Source of the DNA: a virus
Lineage: Duplodnaviria > Caudoviricetes
DNA length: 44,713 nt
Direction: 5' to 3' (one strand)
Virus record (IMG/VR): IMGVR_UViG_3300023059_000291
Location: 1 to 44,713 of that record
Below, piece after piece: positions 38,024 through 44,713 of this stretch (within the stretch, counting starts at the first letter, position 1; each line of letters opens with the position of its first letter). The translations under genes and the position numbers were made by a program. The notes under the pieces are model-generated. The model saw only the letters and a program-made list of their open reading frames with translations. It ran no database searches and was not told the origin of the DNA.

Positions 38024-38970
38024 GCAGCCCCCTTTCGATTGAAACCAACTTGAATGAGGTAAGGCATCAATTTTTGCTGTTGCTCAAGATCAGCAAGCTT
38101 TACGGCGATGCGTGCAGCAAGTTGCTCATAACTTTCGTTTCCTTCCGCATACTTGCTAGCGAATTCAGGAAGTACAGAAAGTTTTTGAGCGAAGGAGTAA
38201 ATTTGTTTTGAACTCAGCGTATTTGACTCTCCCTGCGGGACTCGAACCTGTGTTCCATTGTTTTTAGCATGTTCACGTGATTTGTATTTTCCACATGCAT
38301 TGATTAACCAATCTGCAAAGTGGTAATTCATGAGTTCATCACAAAGATTCTTCTCGGCGTTGTAGAGTTCAAATGCTCGTAACTCCCGATCGAACCAAGC
38401 CGCATTTTTGATCTGCTCGTAAGTTTCCTGATCAGTTGCCAAACGAATTTCTTCACCAAGTTTTTTTAAACTCAACCATGTTTTTTTATTTTTAGATTCT
38501 TCTGAAAGATTCTTTAAAAGATTCCGTGTCCCAACGTTGGGACCCTTTACCGGAATTGTTGGTACTCTTTCATGGAATTGTTGGAACTGTTCCACTGTTG
38601 GGACTGTTCCACTGTTGGTACTCTTTCCATCTAAATTTTCACCTTCTAACGGTCCCATTGTTGGGACTATATCTTCACGGCCCATTACACCGTTCAAGCG
38701 GTAAACGACCACCTGTTTTGTCTGACCTTTGCGCTCCCCAGTATCAGTAATTAATCCATCATCGGAGAGTTCAGCAAGAATCTTCATCACAGTTTTTCTG
38801 TCAATTTTACAGTCCGCTGCTAAGCGTTTAGCACTTGGATAACAGGTATGATCCTCACTTGCGCGATCAGCCATAGATAGCAAAACAACTAGTTTTAAGG
38901 CAGGTAATGAGCCGCCTTTCTTAGTCGGGATATGAACTTTCCAAGCCCAATTAGTGGCATCTAGACTCAT
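38020..38970 (-). CDS. Replication initiator protein (N-terminal HTH, O-like)
   Basis: KLVVLLSMADRA..CYPS..LA..DRKTV; internal iterons; ATG at 38970 overlaps upstream stop. Confidence 0.85.
   Translation of the reverse strand: MSLDATNWAWKVHIPTKKGGSLPALKLVVLLSMADRASEDHTCYPSAKRLAADCKIDRKTVMKILAELSDDGLITDTGERKGQTKQVVVYRLNGVMGREDIVPTMGPLEGENLDGKSTNSGTVPTVEQFQQFHERVPTIPVKGPNVGTRNLLKNLSEESKNKKTWLSLKKLGEEIRLATDQETYEQIKNAAWFDRELRAFELYNAEKNLCDELMNYHFADWLINACGKYKSREHAKNNGTQVRVPQGESNTLSSKQIYSFAQKLSVLPEFASKYAEGNESYEQLAARIAVKLADLEQQQKLMPYLIQVGFNRKGAA
38528..38667. repeat. Iterons of phage replication origin
   Basis: Six GTTGGNAC copies at 38536, 38558, 38580, 38597, 38614, 38660; palindrome GTCCCAACGTTGGGAC; AT-rich tract at about 38460-38520. 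Confidence 0.8.
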
Positions 38971-39620
38971 ACCCGATCTCCTATCTGCCCACAGTGAGAG
39001 CAAGACTCAAAATCATAGGGGTTGTATTGCCAAACGATCTTTCCACAGCTTGGACAGTTAAACCGTGATTGCGGTTCTTTTACTCTACGTTTTGCTTTCT
39101 TTAGATGTTCAGGCATCTTTAGACCTGCACCCTGTGTCATTGTGCGAGGGTTATATTTACTGAAATCAAAAGTTCTTCTTTTTGCTTTATCAGCCAAGTG
39201 ATAAGGGATGGCAATATATCGTTGACCTAACTCACTAATTTCTTCTAGAGAAAAATAAGAAGCCATTTCAAAATCTGTGGAGCTTTCAAATGATTTTTTA
39301 TTCAGCCAGAAAACATCATTGCCATTGAATTGCCTTTTTACAAAAACTGCATATCCAATAACTCCATCTATGATCTGTGTTTGATTAGGTATGTACTGAT
39401 GATCAACTTTCCATATAGCTAACTCATCAACATGGTCTGCAGATATTGGGCAGTCATATTCACGGGCATGATCAAAATGGTATTGGGTCTCTTCCAATGT
39501 GCAAACATGCGCTTGATCAATATCAGTGTGGTAGCCGCGAAACTCATGACGCTGGAGGCTAACATTTGAACCAACGTTGTCGCGGAAACATGCAAGATAG
39601 AATCTATTTTTCATATTCAA
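38967..39620 (-). CDS. Hypothetical phage protein with C-terminal zinc ribbon
   Basis: CPSCG...CSHCG; internal GSNV/GNDV repeat. Confidence 0.75.
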   Translation of the reverse strand: MNMKNRFYLACFRDNVGSNVSLQRHEFRGYHTDIDQAHVCTLEETQYHFDHAREYDCPISADHVDELAIWKVDHQYIPNQTQIIDGVIGYAVFVKRQFNGNDVFWLNKKSFESSTDFEMASYFSLEEISELGQRYIAIPYHLADKAKRRTFDFSKYNPRTMTQGAGLKMPEHLKKAKRRVKEPQSRFNCPSCGKIVWQYNPYDFESCSHCGQIGDRV

Positions 39621-39726
39621 CTACCTTTAACCAATTGAAATAAACTTGATTTACCTGCAGTAAAGCCTCTTGCAAGGCACTTTGAAGCGTTGTAAATTGC
39701 TCTTGAATAACAAGGAAATAATTAAA

Positions 39727-39942
39727 ATGGCTCTTATACGAAAACAAAATGAAATAGATGTTTATAGTGATAAAGACAATAACTGCATAACGATTTGTGA
39801 AACTGAAGGTCACTTCGATGAATATCATGGCAAGCACGTAGATGTTTATATCAATATTGATATTGCTCACATTGATAGTCTTATCGCAGCTCTTCAAAAG
39901 TGCAAAAAAGAAATCCAAGGTGATGAGCTTAGAAACGGCTAA
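39727..39942 (+). CDS. Small counter-oriented hypothetical protein
   Basis: AAGGA upstream of ATG 39727 (MALIRKQ...); fills the gap between two minus-strand genes. Confidence 0.6.
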   Translation: MALIRKQNEIDVYSDKDNNCITICETEGHFDEYHGKHVDVYINIDIAHIDSLIAALQKCKKEIQGDELRNG

Positions 39943-39950
39943 ATAACTAC

Positions 39951-40226
39951 TCATGACACCTCCGCCCGTGCTAATTCTTCTGCACTCAATCGACGTTTTG
40001 CTTCTAACTCAGCAATTGATGCCGATCTAAAGAATTGAACTGGTAAAGCTAACTGCTTCCCGCACGCTGACTTAACAAAAAGTCGTTTAGAGGTGCTGTA
40101 GTAAAATCCCAACACTTCAAAAATTTCGTTATGTTCCAGTTCATTAGCAACTACCATGTCGCCTACTACAAATTCTTGTGAGTTGAGTTCGATTGGTTGT
40201 TCTGATAAATTAGTTTGCATATTCAT
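39951..40226 (-). CDS. Hypothetical early protein
   Basis: FVVGDMVV...FRSASIAELEAKRR pattern; follows cII. Confidence 0.7.
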   Translation of the reverse strand: MNMQTNLSEQPIELNSQEFVVGDMVVANELEHNEIFEVLGFYYSTSKRLFVKSACGKQLALPVQFFRSASIAELEAKRRLSAEELARAEVS

Positions 40227-40280
40227 GGGTTCCTAGATTTGTGAATTGAAACCACTCCTGTTACAGCAGGAAGTGGTTTT

Positions 40281-40637
40281 TTAATATCCAAGTTTTTCTT
40301 TTTGACCACTGATTTCGTCATGGAAAAGGTCATCCACCGTTTCAATACGGTTCATCCAGCTTTTAGACATCACTAAAAGAGCTGCTACCCGCTCTTTATC
40401 AATACTTTGATAATCTTTAGGTACAACCTTTAATCCAAGCAGACTCAATAGCTCGCAAAATATTTCAATTTCATTCAAGCCATTGTTTTTCTTATCTGTT
40501 TTAAGCCGTGTAATAGTGCTTGGATCAACCTTTAATTGTTCAGCAATCTCTTTCTGATTGCCTGAATCAAGACCATGCAATATGCGAGATGCATCATTTC
40601 TGGCGCTTGCAGAGAGTTCAATTGATAATTTGCTCAT
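40281..40637 (-). CDS. cII: CII-like transcriptional activator
   Basis: HTH QKEIAEQLKVDPSTITR and LGLKVVP motif; after cro. Confidence 0.85.
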   Translation of the reverse strand: MSKLSIELSASARNDASRILHGLDSGNQKEIAEQLKVDPSTITRLKTDKKNNGLNEIEIFCELLSLLGLKVVPKDYQSIDKERVAALLVMSKSWMNRIETVDDLFHDEISGQKEKLGY

Positions 40638-40645
40638 AGTGGTTC

Positions 40646-40834
40646 CTAAGCGTTAAGTGCTTGCAGGTCTGCTTTAAGCTGACCTCCTGTTAAAACCTCA
40701 AAAGTGGCTTGAGTTCTTGGGGGAATCCCTTCTTTTTCCCACTTTGTTAGCACTGAACGTACTTTTTTTATTTTTTTTGCTAATTGAGAGTTATTTTCGA
40801 CACCGTAATAATTTCTTAATTGCTGAACATTCAT
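40646..40834 (-). CDS. cro: Cro-like repressor
   Basis: Small HTH (SQLAKKI..VLTKW..GIP..Q..LTGGQLKAD), divergent from cI; ATG 40834 preferred. Confidence 0.85.
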   Translation of the reverse strand: MNVQQLRNYYGVENNSQLAKKIKKVRSVLTKWEKEGIPPRTQATFEVLTGGQLKADLQALNA

Positions 40835-40918
40835 ATTCAAAATCCTGAACAAATATATTCTATTAATTGAACAATATGTTCAGGTAATTGTCAAACTTAT
40901 TGTTCATAATTTTGAACA
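40834..40918. promoter_or_regulatory. OR-like operator array
   Basis: T(G/A)TTCA-N6-TGAACA-type 18-mers at 40834, 40856, 40877 (imperfect) and 40901 (perfect arms). Confidence 0.8.
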
Positions 40919-40939
40919 TTACTAAATAGGGATTTGGCC

Positions 40940-41626
40940 ATGGCACAATCTGTTTCTGATAGGATTCAAATGCGCATGAAAGAATTAGGTCTTTCTCAAG
41001 CCGATATAATGCGCGCAACCCATGCGGCTAGAGGTACCGTTTCTGGTTGGGTAAATGGAAGCAATAGTCCTAGTGCAAAACATATTGAATCATTGGCAGA
41101 TTGTTTAAATACAAGTAGTACATGGCTTTTAACAGGCAAACAAACTTCCACCCACCCTAATAAAAATATTACTGATTCAAGTAATGTTAGAAAAATCGAG
41201 AAAGAATTAAGAAGTATTCCTATTTTTGATTATGTTCAAGCAGGGTTATTTCACGAGGTTGGCTATGATGGTATTAATCCAATAGATACTACTTGGACTA
41301 CTTATGAAAACTATAAGCCAGAATGCATTTTTGCTCTAAAAGTTGAAGGCTTGAGTATGGCTCCTGATTTTATGCCAGGTGACGAGATTGTAATTGATGC
41401 ATGTTTAGAGGCTAAACCTGGATCATTTGTGATCGCTCAAGAGGTACAACATGGTATAGCGCGAACCACATTTAAAAAGTATCGCGTAGTTGGTGTTAAT
41501 GAGTTTGGTGTTGATATTATTGAACTTGTTCCTTTAAATCCTGACTACCCAACTTACAACTCTACTCAAATTGAAATATCAATTATAGGTGTGGTTGTTA
41601 GACACAACAGAGAATTTAAGTATTAA
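40940..41626 (+). CDS. cI: CI-like repressor (HTH plus S24 peptidase)
   Basis: N-terminal HTH, VQAG cleavage site, GLSM Ser, TFKK Lys; ATG 40940 or TTG 40934-region start. Confidence 0.95.
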   Translation: MAQSVSDRIQMRMKELGLSQADIMRATHAARGTVSGWVNGSNSPSAKHIESLADCLNTSSTWLLTGKQTSTHPNKNITDSSNVRKIEKELRSIPIFDYVQAGLFHEVGYDGINPIDTTWTTYENYKPECIFALKVEGLSMAPDFMPGDEIVIDACLEAKPGSFVIAQEVQHGIARTTFKKYRVVGVNEFGVDIIELVPLNPDYPTYNSTQIEISIIGVVVRHNREFKY

Positions 41627-41673
41627 TTTTTAAGACCAATATTTTGTTTTATAAATATTTAAATGGATTATTC

Positions 41674-42492
41674 ATGATAATAGAAGAATTTATAAATGAA
41701 AACTTGTTATATGGTAGAGCTTTGATTGATCTACAAATTAGCAATAAAGGTTCAAACCCGTTATGGACGGGATTTGTTTCCACAAATCAGGGGGAATTTC
41801 CAGCCTACATTAAAAAATGCAGACAAGCGGATGGTTTATGTATTGAAATAATTAGCTCATTATTAGGGTTAATGCTCAATATTCCTATCCCAAAGCCTAT
41901 TCTTGTATTGGTTGAGCCGGGTCATCCACAAATTGCAGTTGATAAACCAACATTTCTATTTGGTTCCCAAATGTATGACATGCCTTCTTTTGAAAGATTC
42001 TTAATGGATCATGAGCTTAGCGAAGAGTGTTTACTTGATTACTCTGGATTACCTTCAATAGTAGCGTTTGATGAACTAATTGCCAATCCAGATAGAAATA
42101 ATACAAATATTCTTTATGATGGTGACTCATTTAGATTTATTGATCACGAGAAAGCTTTTTCTATTTCACAAGATCCAAGATTGCCAATCAATGAGATGAC
42201 TAAAGTTGGTAATATTTCAGATATTGTGCAGCACTATAAAGGTGAGAATGAAGTATACATTCACAAATTAATGTCAAAAATTAAGAAGTTGATTATTGAT
42301 GAAATGTCTGCGACAAATTGCGACTCACTTACTAAAAAAGCCAAAGAAAACATAATACTTAATGAATATAATGCAATTATTGAAAGAGTGAATGGCTTTT
42401 TAACTGCTAGACATAGTCTATTGGCAGTATTAATTGAAAATGCTATAACGCCACCACAACACCCTCAGCAATTGGATTTAATAGGAGGTTAA
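41674..42492 (+). CDS. HipA-like Ser/Thr kinase
   Basis: AYIKK Lys, IEI Glu, catalytic FDELIANPDRNNTNIL and IDHEKAF; ATG 41674 preferred. Confidence 0.85.
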   Translation: MIIEEFINENLLYGRALIDLQISNKGSNPLWTGFVSTNQGEFPAYIKKCRQADGLCIEIISSLLGLMLNIPIPKPILVLVEPGHPQIAVDKPTFLFGSQMYDMPSFERFLMDHELSEECLLDYSGLPSIVAFDELIANPDRNNTNILYDGDSFRFIDHEKAFSISQDPRLPINEMTKVGNISDIVQHYKGENEVYIHKLMSKIKKLIIDEMSATNCDSLTKKAKENIILNEYNAIIERVNGFLTARHSLLAVLIENAITPPQHPQQLDLIGG

Positions 42493-42493
42493 G

Positions 42494-43327
42494 ATGTTTG
42501 ATAAAATTTCATTCCCTTCTGCACCAAGTTTTTTTGCTGAATGGAGAACTGTATATTTTGAACCTATTCCAAATAGTGGTGAACGTATTGCTATTTTGGT
42601 AACAATCAAAGATTTGAATGGAAAAATTGAAATTTTTGATGCGTTACATCCTACAGTTATTGATAGCTTATATGGAACAAAAGCATCTTCATTTAATGGT
42701 TACATCAAATTAATAAAAGCAAATATTTTAAAGAATAATGGTGAATCAACCCTTGATGGCGTAATCATTGGTGATTGGCATGCTTCACAATCAGAAAATA
42801 TTTACGGGATAGTTCGCCAAGCACTCTATAAAACGGCTAGCTTAGGTTCAGTAGCTTTAAAGGGTTTGTTTGAGCAAGAAGATAGCCCGATTGAAAATGA
42901 ACAAGTTGATAGCCGCTGGTCAAAGCGCATTAAAAATGCGGTATTAGAAATTGATCCATCGTATGAACATGCTTTTGACATAAAAATCCCTATAGGGAAA
43001 GATGTAAAAATTCCTTGTGGATTTCATACTGCGCGGTACTCTGCAAAATTTAATGTATGTACATCTCAAACAATTACTAGAATGAAATCAAATTTGATGG
43101 ATTTACAAATATTTGATTCTCATAATATTTCCAGCAATTATGATTTGATTATACAAATGCCAACAGATGAGAACCTTCAGGTCTCATTAAAAACACTATC
43201 TCGAATGAGAGAAAACATTGAGCTTTTAAAAGAAGAAGTTGCATCAAAATCTCACATTCAAATATATACATGTAGTTCTGAAAAAGAAGGTGCAACAAGA
43301 ATTTTCGAAATGCTTAAAGCAAGTTAG
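42494..43327 (+). CDS. DUF3037-like protein, kinase partner
   Basis: WRTVYFEPIPNSGERIAILV N-terminal motif; GGAGG SD, 1 nt after kinase stop. Confidence 0.65.
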   Translation: MFDKISFPSAPSFFAEWRTVYFEPIPNSGERIAILVTIKDLNGKIEIFDALHPTVIDSLYGTKASSFNGYIKLIKANILKNNGESTLDGVIIGDWHASQSENIYGIVRQALYKTASLGSVALKGLFEQEDSPIENEQVDSRWSKRIKNAVLEIDPSYEHAFDIKIPIGKDVKIPCGFHTARYSAKFNVCTSQTITRMKSNLMDLQIFDSHNISSNYDLIIQMPTDENLQVSLKTLSRMRENIELLKEEVASKSHIQIYTCSSEKEGATRIFEMLKAS

Positions 43328-43348
43328 AGTTTTTTAAATTAGTTAATC

Positions 43349-43373
43349 AACCCACCTTAGGTGGGTTTTTTTT
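43349..43373 (+). terminator. Terminator of cI-kinase operon
   Basis: AACCCACC-TTA-GGTGGGTT plus T-run. Confidence 0.85.
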
Positions 43374-43388
43374 ATCTTAATAAATTCT

Positions 43389-43462
43389 TGTTCATTAAAT
43401 TGAATTTTTATTATTTAATAAATTGAACAAATTGTTGACATATTCGTTCAATTAGTTGAACA
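43389..43462. promoter_or_regulatory. OL-like operator array / early-left promoter
   Basis: Related 18-mers at 43389, 43412 and 43445; TTGACA at 43435-43440. Confidence 0.75.
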
Positions 43463-43533
43463 TAATAATCATAAACAACAAAAAGCCCCGAAACTTTGGA
43501 CGGAGACGGGGCTTTGCATAACGCGAGGTAAGT

Positions 43534-43722
43534 ATGAAACAAAACCCTATTCCTAGTCAAACTACATCACGCCTATATCAACACCCTACTGTTGAAGAAC
43601 AGCGCCCTTCTCGTTTCGCCACCATTAAAGCGAATGTAATCGACTTTCTAATATTCATTGCCCTTTCATTCGTTCTTTGGGTGATTGCCGTAGCAGCTGC
43701 ATCTTGGATGATGGGAGGCTAA
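43534..43722 (+). CDS. Small membrane protein (early left)
   Basis: GAGG SD; C-terminal TM helix. Confidence 0.7.
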   Translation: MKQNPIPSQTTSRLYQHPTVEEQRPSRFATIKANVIDFLIFIALSFVLWVIAVAAASWMMGG

Positions 43723-43724
43723 TC

Positions 43725-44054
43725 ATGAATGCTCAATTCAAACCACATCCAGACGGCATAAAAGCCTATATGGGCCATGACCGCTTAACTGGTCTCTACT
43801 CTGTACGTATTGGCTGGACCGTTTATGCAGCCAATGCAAACGGCAGTGTGCTGTACACCGTTAAAGGTGAAGTGAAGACTCCTTTAAATGTTGAAGAGTT
43901 TAAGGCGAAGCGCCCTAAGGTTTATGCAACCTTAATGAATGAGATTAGCTTCCAACGCAAAAAAGCATTAGCAGTTGCCCTGCAACCTAGCAACATCCCT
44001 TCATATGACCGCAAAGCTTATAAGAACAAGCGCGGCTTTACGGGTTCAAGATAA
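43725..44054 (+). CDS. Hypothetical early protein
   Basis: GGAGG SD before ATG 43725 (MNAQFK); basic C-terminus. Confidence 0.7.
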   Translation: MNAQFKPHPDGIKAYMGHDRLTGLYSVRIGWTVYAANANGSVLYTVKGEVKTPLNVEEFKAKRPKVYATLMNEISFQRKKALAVALQPSNIPSYDRKAYKNKRGFTGSR

Positions 44055-44065
44055 GGATAAGAAAA

Positions 44066-44713
44066 ATGAATGCAGCAATTAATCCAGCAGTTTTAAGCAA
44101 TGAAAGTACTAACCACTTTGAACAGTTAGCAGCGATTAGCGTATCTGGACATATCGAAAAGAAAAACAATATGTCATATCTGTCTTGGGCTTGGGCCGTG
44201 GACAAACTCATGCGCATAGATCCACAAGCAAACTGGGCTTTCCGAGATCCAATGACTTTTCCGGATGGATCTATGATGGTTCATTGTGATGTCACCGTAT
44301 TCGGTAAAACCATGTACATGTTCCTACCTGTAATGGACTATCGCAATAAAGCGATTGCTAAACCGAATGCCTTTGATATCAACAAGGCCATGATGCGTTG
44401 TCTGGTTAAAGGCATTGCCGTACACGGTTTAGGTTTATATATCTATGCTGGTGAAGACTTACCTGAGGAAGAAAAGACTCAGCAAGCGGCAGCTCAACCT
44501 CAACAGCAACAAACACCACAGAACCAGCAGCAACAGCCTAATGCAGCACAACAACTTACAGCTGATTTCCAGCAAGCACTACAAGCGATTCAACATACAC
44601 AAAATGAGGCTGACCTCGGCACAATCTATAAACGCTTCAAAGGCACCAGTTTTGAAAGCCAGATTGTGAAGGCATGCAAGGCAAAAAAGGACATGGAGGG
44701 ATGGAGCGCTTAA
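44066..44713 (+). CDS. Sak (DUF1071, Rad52-like) single-strand annealing recombinase
   Basis: YLSWAWA, LPVMDYRNK, DINKAMMRCLVK, GLGLYIYAGEDLP. Confidence 0.9.
   Translation: MNAAINPAVLSNESTNHFEQLAAISVSGHIEKKNNMSYLSWAWAVDKLMRIDPQANWAFRDPMTFPDGSMMVHCDVTVFGKTMYMFLPVMDYRNKAIAKPNAFDINKAMMRCLVKGIAVHGLGLYIYAGEDLPEEEKTQQAAAQPQQQQTPQNQQQQPNAAQQLTADFQQALQAIQHTQNEADLGTIYKRFKGTSFESQIVKACKAKKDMEGWSA

Noticed and set aside
38528-38667. Short repeats considered as a CRISPR array
   Set aside because: Eight-bp units with short irregular spacing inside the replication gene and no cas genes; they fit iterons
39604-39954. 116-aa hydrophobic minus-strand ORF
   Set aside because: Looks like the antisense shadow of the + strand 39727-39942 ORF; not fully excluded because it overlaps flanking genes in operon fashion
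44475-44560. CAG/CAA-rich tract
   Set aside because: Encodes a Gln-rich linker in Sak; ordinary low complexity
1-44713. Integrase, att sites, IS elements, diversity-generating retroelement
   Set aside because: No recombinase, transposase or reverse transcriptase motifs and no long direct repeat seen; the prophage probably extends beyond the window

Overview
The window is most of an Acinetobacter-type lambdoid siphovirus prophage. The host is inferred from the protein families and a UmuDAb-type operator. No integrase or att site is visible. From right to left it holds: early-left genes with a Sak recombinase (43.5-44.7 kb); an immunity region with cI, cro, cII and 18-bp operators, where a HipA-like kinase plus DUF3037-like pair occupies the lambda rexAB position (40.3-43.5 kb); a replication initiator with iterons and a Q-like antiterminator (37-39 kb); an AT-rich accessory array with a tandem-HEPN protein and a decayed tRNA-Arg (33-37 kb); packaging, head, tail and lysis genes on the minus strand, interrupted by membrane and secreted morons (5.3-33 kb); and a left-end block with a two-gene HEPN operon, umuDC and an SRAP/YedK gene. 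The strongest unexplained signal is at 622-1155, between yedK and umuD, and is missed by the ORF track. It is a minus-strand unit with a candidate promoter, a ~350-nt structured leader carrying two covarying hairpins with identical 7-nt loops, a sequestered SD, a 27-aa TisB/DinQ-like peptide and a terminator, so it is a candidate type I toxin-antitoxin locus in a DNA-damage cassette. Other untracked elements are a 32-aa lipoprotein coupled to the endolysin, a lambda G-T style -1 frameshift, and a circularly permuted M23 peptidase inside the tape measure protein. All protein calls come from motif recognition by eye; no searches were run.
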